Origin: Phoronis australis | Taxonomy: Eukaryota; Animalia; Phoronida | Direction: 5' to 3' | Assembly (NCBI GenBank): GCA_002633005.1 | Contig: NMRA01000424.1 | Location: 72,815 to 136,814, forward strand | Length of the DNA: 64,000 bases | Shown: piece after piece, positions 14,292-28,400 of the stretch | How the letters are laid out: every line of letters begins with the position of its first letter | Position numbering within the stretch: the stretch's first letter is position 1 | Made by a program: the position numbers and the translations under genes | The notes under the pieces: model-generated | The model's input: the letters and a program-made list of their open reading frames with translations, nothing else | Told to the model about the DNA's origin: nothing | The model's database searches: none

Positions 14292-17200
14292 ATGCTCTTC
14301 TTTCACGAGGTTGCGTACTTATCACAACACATTATCGGAATTGGTTTGATTTCGTTACAAGTTTTCAATATTATTATACTAAAGCAATCCGAATTCCAGA
14401 ACAAAGTCTGCAATATTGATCCGCCAAAAAACATTGTGAATGCGTTGAGTTCAGAAATTCCGATTCCAAATTCAGTTTTAATGTTCGATGAGGAGTTGAA
14501 ATACACTAATCAGGGCAGGAACGTTGAAACTGATGACGGTTCAGGTATTATGTGTGAATAATTCTCGCGGTCCATTTCAAAATCCGGAAACTGATTGTGC
14601 CAGAAATAATGTTTATGTACTCTCGACAAGTAAATCAACGAACCCTAAAATGCGGCTAATTGTGAAGATATTTAAAGGAATTAGTTAACTATACCACTCG
14701 AAAGACAAAACATATTTTTGTTTTCATTTTTGACAATATTTTGGATAAACTATCAAATAATCTGAAATTAATTAAACATTCATCGAGATAATAACGCATT
14801 GAGAGTATACATTATGTTGAAATTTGACCCAGACAAGTTCCACGAGTTTTACCGATAAAAACTGTTAAAATAACAAGGTCAATGTAATATAAGTTGCGTT
14901 TGTTATTGACAAGTTTTAATAAACAAATGCAGAAAACAACTAGAAAGTACTTGAAGATGCTTTAACTCAAAATTTGAGGCTAATGACATCGGCTCAAAAA
15001 ATTTGAAAAATTGTCCGGTTTTCCTGTCGACCCTTGGGGCTCCTGTTTTCAAGGCCGGGTTTCGTATTTTTCGGTCTGGTTGCCGTTTTGAAGGTGTGGG
15101 AGCCTGTTTTACACCGAGATTCCAACTTCTATGGAACACCCTGATATCTGGGAGTAATATGAACGGGATTGTATTCCTAGAATATATGCGGACAGTGGGA
15201 TTACAATGTGTTGTTGTTACCCTCCGGACATTAACATGAAAATAAAAGTAAAAGAGAAGTATAATGGTGACGAGGGGATCAGTCTCTGCCCGTAGTGGGA
15301 GAGATGTCCTTCGTTGCTATGTTATGTGACGTTATGAGCCATGAGCTGTCTAGATATGGTACTGGTATAATGATTTTTCAGTTTCAGCCACGTTTGGGGT
15401 ACAGTGGTTGTCGAAGGGAGATAAATTCTATGCCTTCGTGAAACAAGCGAAATCCGGCAGTGATGCTCAAGTATTCTGTAGTCAAATTGGAGGCCGGGTG
15501 GCAGTGCCGACAAACCAGGATGAAAACACGTGGTTGGTAAATGTTGCGCGAGCGTTTGGTGGAAATGAGTGGTGGTTGGGCATCAGCGCAGTCCAAACAG
15601 ACCGAAATGGTCGACAAACGAGAGACTTCGTTGGCCCCTCCGGACAGCTGAATTATACACGTGAGTCAGTAGCAAAACGTTACGGTAATCCTTATTAATT
15701 TTGTACTCGGAAAATGGCGTTGTTTTACCTTTTTATAGTGTTTATTACGAAAAACACAATGTGCAAAGATAAGACATTGAGCCAAGGGAGCGTTAGAAAG
15801 CATTATATCGTTGGTTTACCTTTTTAGTGCTCTAAATGTAAACGTTGGTGTACTTTTGAAAACACGGGGCGTATATACGGAAAATGTGCCAACGATATTG
15901 ATGAGGACCAATAGGTATAGTAGAGAGTTTAAACTTTAATTTGTTGACTAAATTCTGCTTCTAACGATGCCATGTTTTTGTATGACGCTCGTTCTCACTT
16001 CATTATGGGTAACCCTCAAACTGTGGGAATTCATAGTTATGAGTAATGTAGCACTATAGAGTCAGGGGCCGTATTTGGGTGAGAGGGCGTTGGAGGAAAT
16101 TCCCGTTTGGAAAACGTGACCTACGTTTTTTGAAAAATGATCTTCACCAGACCAGCACTTCGTTAGCAAGAATTTCACTGGTCTTGCAAGGGATAAGTGA
16201 CCAAAGATAAAAGCATGTCACTCAAAATGAAAAGTTAGCCATAGCTTTCAGAAATTCTAAATATTTTAGTGTGTTCCTTTTATGACGTCACACAGACCGG
16301 GAAAATCTTTTTGTGCAAAATGAACACTGCAAATTAAATTATATTGCAAATAGTCTATTTCGGTAAAAAGAGAACAAACTTGGGCGCCAGTTGCAATACA
16401 AATTATTACGAGTGTGACCAATGTGGAAGAAAAGTTCGGAAAACTTGGTCTTTCATTGCTACGATGTCCAATCAAAGACAAGTGTCAGCTCTTTGGAAAT
16501 GATTTTGTTGGTATTATTAAGCGTACCGTATCGTGACAGATGAGTGTTTTATGGTAGTGACTAATAGGACCGTATCGTGACAGAAGAGTGTTTTATGCTA
16601 GCAACTAATAGGACCGTATCGTGACAGAAGATTGTTTTATGCTAGCAACTAATAGGACCGTATCGTGACAGAAGAGTGTTTTATGGTAGCGAGTAATAGG
16701 ACCGTATCGTGACAGAAGAGTGTTTTATGGTAGCGACTAATAGGACCGTATCGTGACAGAAGAGTGTTTTATGGTAGCGACTAATATGACCGTATCGTGA
16801 CAGAAGAGTGTTTTATGGTAGCGACTAATAGGACCGTATCGTGACAGAAGAGTGTTTTATGGTAGCGACTAATATGACCGTATCGTGACAGAAGAGTGTT
16901 TTATGGTAGCGACTAATAGGACATATTTTTCGTTTTACACTCTTACATCACACTTGATGTAAAAACGATTTAGTCAAGTAAATAAGAGTGTATCACAGTC
17001 TAGAAATAATTCGTATGTATATTCTCGGAGATTTCGGACTTTTGCACAAGTGAGATTTAATCGTTGTTTAGACTTAGATGTGTGGAGCCAAAAACTGACT
17101 TAAGTCTTAAGTCGCTTTTCATGAAACAGGGACCTGTTCCAACAAAACTGACTTAGCTAAGACAAATATTAAATTTTAGTAAATTTTATGATAAAACTTA

Positions 17201-18259
17201 AATTTGTCTCGGGACCGTTTCAAGAAAGAGGTCTTAAGTTTGAATTAAGTTTTTGATAAAAGTTTTGTCCTAATTTTAACTATCTTACTGGATGTGGAAA
17301 TTTCAAAGTATGGAAGTTAAGACAAATCTTAACCTTAAGTCAAAAATGAACTTAAGTCAGATTCTTGAAATAGGCCCATGACCTCTAGGTTGAGTTAGTG
17401 TAAATAAAGTATTGTTTTCGCTGTATTTCTCCGCAAAGACTGGGCACGTGGCGAACCCAACAATTACATGCCGTGGCTTGGAGCAGAGGACTGTGTAAGT
17501 CTTGACACAAGGGTCAAGGGTTGGAACGACAACAGGTGCAATACTCCACTTTGGTTCATTTGCGAAGGTGAGAATATTGTACCAAATTAATACTTTCTAT
17601 GGAATATTACACTTGACACCATTACCGAGTCTACCATGAAGCTAACAAATTTAAGCTTCAGACCCCTAGTACTGCAAGGGTCCTTAATTGTTCCAGATAT
17701 CCGAATAAATTAACTGAGGTGCACGTACGTGTACTGCTAAGAGCCCTCCACAAAACAGAGCCCCATTTTGCAACTGCAGGACTTCATAACGTGGTGGCAT
17801 ACATAGAGTGTTTTGAACATAGTATAAAAGCATTGCCATAATAGAGCAGCTTACTATGAGTAGAAGATGGTGACGGGGGATGGACCTCGACCGATGGGAT
17901 GCCGAGTGATCAGGTGGGATTTTGGCATTCTACATTTTGGAATTGTTTCTGGTTGCCAGGAATCCACAGATCAAGCTTTAGGCCACTGAAAATGTAGATC
18001 TACATGTACCACTGGTTGATAGTAAGGCGGTTGAATGGTGCCGCGTAAGGGCGACAACAAGTTAGCGATAATCCTGAAACTACAAGCTAGTTTGCGCCAT
18101 TGCTGTTTACTGCCTCAGCGTGAATGTAACAAATAGGATTTTTCTAATAGTGTGCATGTCAAATCTATTTCAGATGAAAACGAATGCAAAGAGTACAGCG
18201 ACCTCTGCTGGAGTCACCAGTGCGTCAATGAGGCAGGCTCCTACAGATGTCAATCATAG
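14292..18259 (+). CDS. C-type lectin (EPN/WND, mannose-type) with C-terminal truncated calcium-binding EGF module, ~248 aa
   Basis: Exons 14292-14544, 15382-15660, 17439-17567 and 18174-18259, all introns GT-AG phase 1. Hydrophobic N-terminus. CTLD reads AQVFCSQIGGRVA..WWLGIS..YTHWARGEPNN..EDCV..WNDNRC..FICE; last exon reads DENECKEYSDLCWSHQCVNEAGSYRCQS*. The first exon is less certain than exons 2-4. Confidence 0.85.
16525..16920. repeat. 44-bp minisatellite, 9 tandem copies, in lectin intron 2
   Basis: Unit accgtatcgtgacagaagagtgttttatggtagcgactaatagg repeated head-to-tail with few substitutions. Confidence 0.95.
17211..17377. mobile_element. Small MITE (GGGCC..TTTCAAGAA TIR, Harbinger-like)
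   Basis: Imperfect TIR gggaccgtttcaagaa / ttcttgaaataggccc with internal cttaag repeats. Similar pieces at ~17040-17133 and 63468-63738. Confidence 0.55.
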
Positions 18260-18356
18260 CTGGTCGCCACGGTAACACCACAAAAAGGCGTAGTTTCCTG
18301 TCGCGTTAAAAGCGAAACATTGCACTGATTACTTCGATTAGCTTACGCTACGTGAT

Positions 18357-18362
18357 AATAAA
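18357..18362 (+). promoter_or_regulatory. Putative polyadenylation signal of the lectin gene
   Basis: AATAAA ~100 nt after the stop codon. Confidence 0.5.
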
Positions 18363-20649
18363 ACAGACTTCCCGTGAACTATTTTTAGATTTCGATTTGT
18401 TATTAAAAATATCATTCATCCTCACTGAAATCTACAACAGGCACGCCTATATTAAACTTCCAAAAAACTAAATTGATGCGTGTGCTTTACCAATGTTTGG
18501 TCACGGTGAGCGTGTTGTAGTTAACTCAGCAAATGTGACATTTAAAAAGTACATGTACATGTGATGCACTTCAAAACAAGTGTCTTGGGTGCTTTCCAAG
18601 CAGTTCATCTGTTTGCCCCCAAATGTCGTCGTGAACCGTCATTTGTCTTGGCCTGGTTCTTCCTGGAGACAAAAACTGACGGAGATGGTCTGAATGGGGA
18701 ATAGGCTAGTTCTAATCATGATAAAAGTTTGACTGTCAACAAATCAAGCCATGAGAATTGATTTGTGAATCCATCAGGATGGGTTGGTCTCAGTCTGGTT
18801 TAAACTTGCTTAGACGTTGGGTAACAAAACCCCAAATGTTAGTTGAGGAGTTGACCCATGAGAAACTGCACTTAAAAGCCCGAAAGAAGTTCTCACGGTG
18901 TCGAAAGGACGGATATTCACACAGGTTAACCAGTCGTTCATTATCATTTGTTGTCATGCGTATGGCGAATTTCATTACGGAAGGGTGGTTAAAGTAAAAC
19001 ACGTACATGTCAGTGTAACATCGTTGTATGTTTTAATTTACAACTAAAAAGAGAATTTTATTTGCCCTCAATATTAAGTTTGAGACGGAAGAGTCCCACT
19101 CGGCTGACCGGTCAACGACCAAGTGTCTGACCGGTCAACACCGAAGTGTCAGTGCCAACTTCACTTCCTTCAATTAATAGTTTGTGATTTGCACAGTGAA
19201 AGCGTGTCATGGAAATAATCTGGTCGCGGGAAATATTTTGACTGAGGTAATTTCCAAATTGAATTCTCTCTTGAAGTGTTCATAAAAATCCAATTTAGAA
19301 TTAAACGCTACACATTGGTTTCGGTTATCCAAACTGAAAACGATGTCAATTTCGATCCGATACCGAATTTAAGCCTTCCCACAGACAGTTGGACAAACTA
19401 ATGGAGCTTCTAACTTTTAAAAAGGGATACTAAACCCTCTTTTATTGATTTAACCATTTTTCGTTCTGTCACTTGCTGATGTACCATTTCTGTCTCACTT
19501 GAGTGATAAGAGCAAGAATCAACTAAAAACACATACTGTCTGTGTGAAAGATTGGATATTGCGATTCTTGGCGGGTGGGCTTTCCCTAACGGCCGTCGTG
19601 TAACTAACCTAAATGGTTGGTCGCTCTTCTCCGTTCAGCAGACTTTATATGGATTTTTTTTCAAACCATGCTCCACACTTTTGAGGGTTGTCGAGGTTTA
19701 CAAAGGGTAATTTTGTTTCAGAGACTTGGATGAGAAAGTCACTTTTAGAGTTAGTAGGTCGAAGTCGGGTTTGGTATCCTTTTAACAATGGTTGGTGAGT
19801 GGGGTAGTTGGAGTGGTCGAACATTAAAAGTATCATTGCGAGGTGTAGTAAAAACTAACTAACCATCATTTACTATGAATGAAGCAAAAACTATAGAAAC
19901 AACAAGAAAAAAAATCTAACCAAACGGCAGTATGATTCGATTTTCTGATTTTAACAGGCCTAGTCGCGAATTACATGTAACACAACTGACACAGACTTAA
20001 AACACAAGATGCTATGATCATGAAAGACTAATGTGAACGCTAACTTGGCAGTGACGCCACCTGGAGGAAGAACGTCAGTCACCTTAACTATGAACTACTA
20101 GAAGTCAGATTTAACGCTGAGAAATATTCTCGAGGTGCATGGGCCTCAAAGAGGGGACAAAATTTATAATTCTTGGATGACTTGTTCTGAATTTACAAAT
20201 TCTTAGTGCAGTCTCACTGGCCATAACTGGAAGTGAGCTTCAGCATCGTGGGCTGGAGTGATACTAAACGTCTCAGGTGAGGGGAAAGTAAGGAAAACAG
20301 AATGAGAATTAATTACAAGAAACAACACAAGACAGAAGTGTATTTACAAAGAAATATTTACGAGGCATATCCAAATATGATACTGAAAAGTGAGCACACA
20401 ACTCAGCTACCACCCTGCCGAAAAGGAGGTGCCGGAATGAAAAGTTCAACCGTGAATTTGGTGAAGTCAAATTCTGCGCCAAAAATCACGGCCAGTAGAA
20501 AATAAGTGGTTGCCGACTGCGCGTGCCAACTACAACAAGTAACTAAGAAACTTAAATATTACAACTCAGGTTCATGTACAGCCAAAACGGAACTTCGTCT
20601 TCTTGTACGCTTCAGACGTAGTGGCGAACGTCCAACCTTGGCAAAGGAT

Positions 20650-20819
20650 CATTGACGAATTCAGGATTTTGAGTTAAGGGGGGGGAGCAGGGCAGAGTAT
20701 TAGCCAGGATTTACCCGTCAGACATTCGCCGCACCGAACTGCCAAATGGAATCTGTGGAAATTTCAAAGGGGGCATAGCCGCGTTGCCCTTAACCCCACC
20801 CCCCCCCCTTCCGCCACTG
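20650..20819. mobile_element. MITE (CAGTGGCGG-type TIR) with exact 5-bp TSD
   Basis: Ends ccgccactg and is flanked by AGGAT on both sides. Related copies at 50169-50308 and a partial reverse copy at ~35075-35159. Confidence 0.75.
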
Positions 20820-21106
20820 AGGATGGCACTCGAGCGAGCAGCCAGTGCTGCGGGGTAGAGTTCTGTAACGCCAGGATCTACGCTAAAAACAAGACTTTAC
20901 GAGATTACGTGATTACGTGAGATATTGCCGTGTATTTTGAATGAGAACACGTGATTTGGGCTAGATTTTTTTAGCTGCGAGACAGATATTGAATTCCGCC
21001 CAGGCTCAAGGACCTCAATTTTCCAGGCACAAACCAGTTCTCACAGGGGTTTGCCTATCAGAACACACGTCAGCGGACTCGTCACCCTTTCTTCACTCTG
21101 TCAAAA

Positions 21107-24100
21107 CAGGCCCGTAGCCAAGGGTTTCGGGGGGGTTCGATCGAACCCCCCTCCCCCACGAGGAAAAGGTCCAACCCTAGCCTAGGAGAAGATAGGATTT
21201 ACTAAATGGACAAAAAATTGTTATAACTACGAGTTCTACTAACCACAATCATAACCAAGTTAATATTAATTTTGAATATACTTCTGATGTAAAGCACTTC
21301 ACATAATCATTGGGTCGTATCCAGCCCGAGTGGTGACTGTGTAGGTGACGATTGGAGGAGGCTTTATGTTATTCATCGGCATTGAAAGCGCATGGTCTCT
21401 ACACCATAGGGTAACAAGGATGTCTAGAAATAAATATCTACATGTATGCCTAGCTCAAACTTCATAGCATCGAGAGAGATCCCCAAGTGTAGAGCGGTGT
21501 GAATGCCTTAAAATCGACCAAGAAACAAAACAGAAGAAAGTGGGTTTGTTATTCGCTACTTTGGTGGACTTTCTTGCATAGCATGGATAAAGTGCAGGCA
21601 TTTTCAAATTTTGAATTTTAAGTGATCGCCAAATATCTTGATCATCAAGTGTCCACTTTGGTTGTGGATTAGTGGATTGACATGCATGCGTGTACACGTG
21701 TGTGCGTTTCCGTTCCTTTAAATTCAGTACACGCCGACGGTATGTTCACTGACTACTCTGTCGTTTCTCAAAAATCAGACATTTTGCTGCCGCCCTTTCT
21801 TGCGCTGAAAAATCCCGCATGTTCACATTATTAGGTAATTCTAGACCTCATTAAAACATTGGAAAATGAAGAAAGTCTTCTCTTGTCAATCAATGTCAAT
21901 GGCGCACAATTTCTCAGATTTCATACGAGCAACAATTTTGATGGAAAAGGTTTCCAAGGTTATATGTACATGACCGAGGATTCACTACTCCGAAGGTTTG
22001 CTACCTTCGAATGTTCACCACTTCGAATGTCGACAATTCTAAGACCAGAACTCCGACAGTTCATTACTCTGATTTTCTACTGATGTTTCAGAACTGAAAA
22101 ATGAATAAGGTATTGTACTGGTGTCCATTTAATAACCATTTGAAGGGTGTGCAAGAGTTGAATAGTCCGGAAAAGTTTGATTTACATTGTTTACAAAAGA
22201 GCTCAGTTACAATCTCTGGCAATCTTGATTCTTGAATCTAACCAAAGACTCATTCTCAATTAGGGACAATATATGGGCACGGGTCCGGCGACCAACGGCG
22301 GTTTTAAATTTTATAAGACTGAATGAGACTTCGTGAAGACTGGCAGGGACAGGGTAGCTTGCTAACTACATTTAGTTTCGGCCCGACCGTACGAGTAGTT
22401 CCGGTGGGAGAGGTTGAAGCGCAGCGGCCCTAAACTTTTCTGTCGCGCTGTAAGATGACGCGATCTTGACATGAGCTTGATGAATGTATCGTGGTCGATA
22501 ATTCATCAACATTCCTACTTCATATTCTTTTATAAATGTAAGTACGTACTAGTTGTTTCGTATTCGCAAGACATGCGGGAAATTTCACATGCACCTGGAA
22601 TCCAAACAAAGTGATTTATTAGGCGGGTGTACTGTTGTCGGTATAGTAGTATCTAATAACCGAAGTCTCGCTTATTTTTGCATGTAAAAGTACAGCAATT
22701 ACACCTGATTCAGAAATTTTAGACATTTTCGGAGAAGTGAACCTTCGAAGGGGTGAACCTTCGAAGTAGTGAACCTTCGGAATAGTGAACCGGCGGAATA
22801 GTGGGCTGTTCCCATTTCCAGCGATGTAAGCAACTATTAACAAAAATGCCATCAGATGAAAAATTACGTCAAGCCATTCTCTGACTAAATATTTCCATCG
22901 GAGTATGTGATAAGGTGTATTCACTCAGTTAAAAAAGCCCAATTTGAAAGTTTGGCAGTAGGTAGGCCTAACGCCATGTGGAGAACTTCTCGCTTAAACT
23001 GGTCACCGGTCAGATTCCCTTAGCCCCAGACAACTTTTATGATGCCTATTCAGCTCGCCCTGTGTATTGACGTACGTGTAGATCTGAGCTAATGAAGTCG
23101 AAAGATAATAGTTAGCACTACTGTCTCAAAAATGATGGTTCTTAGTACACCCAAATTGGTTTCCATGGCATTTGCACCAAGTTACAGCCTGTAACTGTAG
23201 AGAGCAGTTTTAACTTGGTACATTTTAAATATTACAAAATGACTAAAAAAGTTAATTTGTGTTTATCTTGACCTTGGGCAACTGCCCAAAGGAACGATGG
23301 TTTTAAATATTTTCATACCGGTTTTTGTTATTTCATTTTAATACTCATGTTGTTTTTTTTTCTTATCAGGAACGGGTTGATATATTTTTATTTTATTTTT
23401 AAACTTGAAGTACAGTGTACCAAAAACAGTAGTAGATTTGATAGCCAGCGAAACTTAATTAGTTTAGCTAATTGTGAACCCATCCCTGAACTTTCCAGAT
23501 TACATATACATTAAACATTTCACAGCGAACAAAACTCCACGCGTCATTAGTTCAAGTTTAATCTTTATTAGAACTCAAATCATAAAATATATACAAAAGT
23601 GCAAATGGTGATAGCCAAACTGAAGATCTAGAATCTCTGGACAATTTCGGTTGCAATAACTACATGTGTATTCTAGCTTTTTGTCAGTCATAAAAATTTA
23701 GACTTGGCATACGTTAACTACAACTGTTTCCTAGTCAAAAATCTGGTTAAACGAGATTGAAAGAATATCAAAGAATAATCCATGTGATGTATTGTTAACT
23801 CTGATCAGTGTTTCTAAATCCCCCGATTGTATCGATGTGCTTGGTAGTTTATCTTCAATCGTACCCAATGTTTGTAGTTTTTAGCTTTTAAGTTCATCCA
23901 TTTTTGAAAATCGAAAACCTTACTTGGTTGTTTTTTCCGACTGAATACCGCCGTAATATTCGTTTTTCACAAAAATTATTTATTAATGCATTTTGAAAAT
24001 TCGCAATTATGTACAGGCAGTGATGATTACGACAGTTTATGGTCGGGTAATTACACTTAATTGGGTCTTGCTCGCGCAGGACAATGAGGTCATCACAACT

Positions 24101-24458
24101 GTATCCGACAGGGGCGCCGCACTCTCTTTGATCTTGGTGAAAGTCGCTCAGAAGGAAGGGCGGTGATAGTAAGCGTATTATAAACGGTATGGCGAGAACG
24201 TTAGTCTAAATTTATGGATCACATTACATCCTGTTGTTTGCGAGCAACCGTCACGATATTCTCGTTTCTGGTATTACAAATTTCGTCTTATCTCAGGAAC
24301 ATAGAGCTGAGAGCCATCGTTGCCGTGGATACAGATTTCCCTTCCCCGTAATTAACCTGCGTCAAGCGCCTTATCAAGAACTCGAGTGTTGACGCTTGCA
24401 AAAGGTCCACCTTTCTAGAAATTCGAACAACCCCCGCCCAATGGTAGCTACGGGCCGG
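21107..24458. mobile_element. 3.35-kb non-autonomous DNA transposon, TIR CAGGCCCGTAGC, 5-bp TSD CAAAA
   Basis: caggcccgtagc ... gctacgggccgg, with CAAAA at 21102-21106 and 24459-24463. Shares interior with 1157-1838. No transposase ORF. Confidence 0.8.
21974..22813. mobile_element. Nested element with terminal inverted arrays of 15-bp repeats
   Basis: Right end (gtgaaccttcgaa..)n at 22730-22813; degenerate reverse-complement array ttcactactccgaag at 21980-22070. Confidence 0.5.
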
Positions 24459-25400
24459 CAAAAACTCTAGGCAAAGAATGAAAAGTTTTGAGTCATTTCA
24501 CATCACAAGCCCTACAGATGAGCATAGAAACTTTATTATTTCTGGTATTTTTTACCCTTTCACTTTTGCTGAAAATCAAGCTAGACTAAGAAAAGTGGAG
24601 ACAAAAAATGCAAAATCTGCACTTTTCACCCCAAAACCACCCTGCCGATGCTTAACTTATGCCAACATAAGATTCCGAAAGAAAATTTCCTACCAATTCC
24701 AAAAATGTGGTCCAAAAGTACTGTCAACCAACTAGATTTTTGCAAATATGGCTTTGTTTGAGGGCTACCTGAAATCGACGGCCAATTCCTCAGTCGCTAC
24801 CCAGTAATGCACAGTTGCAACAGGGGGCCGCCATCTTGAACAAGAGTGCAGCTAAAGCCGGGCAAGTGGTCTTCTTTCATTCTCAACATGCTCACAAATA
24901 CAAAAAACACATTCACTTGGCCTACATGCAATACCTAACTAAAATTGCCCCCAAGCCTGGCCTACCTCTACACTTTAATATTTTGGAATGCAAATTGGCC
25001 GCGGCCGCAGGCTAAGTGTTCAGTGCCACCTTATGCGTAAGATTACAGGTTTCGTCCACTGAAAATATACGGAATTGGCTGTCCATGTACTACAGTCTGT
25101 GGTGTGTCTTTGAGGCGCTTTGTTTTGTGTTAGTGAAATCGAAGAAGGGATAAGCAGTTGTTTTTATCTGAATTGTTTAAATAAATGGAAAATGCTTCGA
25201 CATCAACAGGAATTCAAAGTCTGTACGAACAAACCGTAAAATACCTCGTGAACAGTGATGTTTCCATAGCAGAGAACCACTTTGAATAATGCAAATTAGT
25301 CTATTTTTTGCGTTCCACGCCACTTTAAGCTAATTTTGAATTCAAACACTGGTCCACGCGCGCGTTTTTTTGCATTAGACAAGCATGCATTCCAAACGTA

Positions 25401-28400
25401 ATGGAACGCAAACGAAAAGTAAAATTTGCAGTTTTGATAGCTCTTTTGTTCTATAGAATTATTCGGTTTGTCAAGAGCGATTTTCCACGTGGGGCCCACT
25501 ATGGAAGTGAGTTTGTATTCGCGTTTCCCAAGAGCGGACAAAAGATTTTCTCTGGCGACAAAGGTGTGCTGGAAATACACATGGTCAGCTTCCGGGAAGC
25601 AACTGTCACCGTAACCGTCTGGCCACGACTAAAGAACAGGTTCGTTGGTATGAGGAGAACAAGGTGGGCGGGAGGGAAAGGGGGTACGGAACAAGGGATA
25701 GAAGTGGGAGGACAGAGCGCAGAAGGGGGGAAGGGACGGGCGGCAGGGAGGCATAAGGAGACGGTTTAACAGTTTTCAAAGAACACTGCTCAACGTCAAA
25801 ATTTGACAAAGCCGCGACTAAACAATCAGTCCTTTTCGACTACAACCAATTCCTTCTAAGCCTCGACAGGCGTTGCTCCACGCACTTTGTCGAAATCGCG
25901 ACCATAAAAAGAACGCGGAGGGAGGGTAGTGATGGGGGCAAGAATAAAGAGGAGGGAAGATGAGACCATGAGGAGGAGGTTCAAAAATGACGCATGCGTA
26001 GTGGGAGGTACAAATCTGTATAAATATACAGCTTTGGAATGACGTGCGTAAAACATTGGCAAAATAAAATATCAAATTAGTGTCATTAAAAACTACACTT
26101 TTTTCGTTATTCTGCTGTTGCATTTGTGGACCAATGATAAGCGTCGGTTTTGAAGACCAAGAAAGAGAGAGACATCTGTTGTCAAATTGTTCGCCTACTC
26201 TCCTATCACCTGTTCTTCTTCGACAAGGTTGCCTGAACTCTCCCCAAATCTAGCAGATGGCTAGCGCTACAACGATAATTGTCATCAATTGTAACATATT
26301 TGCTTTATTCAGTTGGAGGAGAGCAGTTTTTGACATTCATTTTGTGTTGATTTTGTCATTTATAACCCACATCTTTCCAAAGCTGCAAATGTATACAGTA
26401 ATGTTGTGTGCAACGGCTACGAGAAGAGAGAGAGAGGGGGTATATGCGAGAAAGGATGAGAACTAAAGAGAAAGAGTGGTGAAGGAGACGGGGGTTACTC
26501 TGCTGTTTACGGCTATTCAGATTGCTATTGGTGTGCTTCGTTGTTTGTCTCTTTTACACGTTTTTGCCATTTATCCGTTCGTTCACTAAGTACAGCCTTC
26601 CGTTCAGTAAAGCTAGGACCTCGCTAAAAAGCATAACTTCGGGAGATTACGTGAGATATTGCCGTGCGTTTTGAACGAGGACACGCGACTTTGTCTAGAT
26701 TTTAGCTAGGTCTTAACGTAGGTCTTGGCTTTACTGCACGCACACCAGGCCTTATCTATTATCCACAATCATATACCTCAAGAAAAACGTAAGATGACGT
26801 AATTCCACGTACGTGCAGTACCGGGGATTTCCAATGAAGCGCCCTAAGCTCTCTTTCCGAGACGACGATTTTTTCAACCGGGCATTTGTTGCGCGGGCGC
26901 TTCTTCAAAAACTTGTTGATACCTTTCAAATGATCTAATGCTGGGACAATGAGTACCTGCTGCTTAATTACTAGGATACAAGTGTGACTGCAAATTCATA
27001 CTCTGTGTGTCAGGACATTAGAATACGTTGCACATAAGGATGTTTGTGTCATTCGTTTGCTCCAGTTTTTCACCAGTAGAAGTTAAAATGAAAACAGTTT
27101 TGGCAAACAATAGATTGAGGAATTGAACCAAATTATATTTTGATGGTTTCCCTGTTGCCCTATATTTTCACAACGGCAAAACGTTGATGGATCATATGCC
27201 ACTGGAGCATCCTGAAATTTTAGAACGAGGCTGAACTATACCTTTCCTGGAAACAAGAAATCGCAGAACTAAAAATACCAGCACGGTTTCATTTTGGCGG
27301 TTGTTTGATTGCCATTAAAAATTAAGAGACTTTTGTCAACCTAAAATGGCAACTTATGTACAAAATAAAAGTAAAGACAATGATTAACACTTTAGACGAG
27401 TGTTTTCTAGACATGTCCAGTCGCTTCTTCTACCCAAACAAAGCTTTCTGGTGATGAACGCTTTGTCGGAAATTCCTAGCACTGATGATGATTACAAGCT
27501 TAAAATATGCACAGCACAGGACGAGAGCACAACGGAGCGTTCTATCGGACAGCGATGACTTTAACCCCTTTGGACCCTGGGGTTCATCGGCTAGACTGGT
27601 CGTTGCAGGACCACGGTGTCGATCTGCTGTCGGACGGGGTAGTCAGAATCGAAGTCGCCGAGGCCAAGAAAATAGCAGTATATGCCATGCTTACGTAAGT
27701 TGCTTTTCCATTTTTCTAATCGCAATGACAACTGGAGAGTTTCACATACATGTCAACCATTTTTGCTTTAATCATACCACTTTGTAGAATAAAAACTTTG
27801 CAAACCATAGCACTGGCGAAAATGAGTAAAAATACTGATTGTGAATTGTATACTTGCATCATAATCTTGTAAATCTCGTTTGTCTACGTGAGCCAGTGAG
27901 TGACAAATGGCGAAGGGAACTGACGCAAATCTGAGATTATTTTGACAGAAGATAACTGCAAATAAAAGTAAATTGCTTTGAGAAATTTAGCTTCGGAAAA
28001 AGTTTAACAAATACATAGAATAGGTAGCATTACAGCGCTACGTCACAGCACAGCAGAAACGGTAAAAAAGCAAATACGTAAAAAGCGTATTGGTTGACAT
28101 GTAGGATTTCAAGACGCAAAGAAGCGAAACTGATCACGTGGGAATGGATAGGCTCCCAGTGATCTCTAGAGCAGGAGAACGAGGCTTTGTTAAAGCGCAG
28201 TACGCCCTGTGAAAAGGTCTCTTAACGAAGTCAGTTGAGATGTTCTCCTATGACAGGCACCCGCTGTGACGAAGGAATAAGCTATCTCCCCATTGTTACA
28301 ACTACAAGTGATCGGCCTGTTCTTCTTTCTGAAATTTTCCCGCCATTGACATTTTCGGTGCGTGCGCATCATAGAAAGTGGATTAGATTCCAGAACCCAG

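Noticed and set aside
16525-16920. 44-bp repeat array as a CRISPR array
   Set aside because: Units are head-to-tail with no unique spacers, no cas genes are present, and the context is a eukaryotic intron.
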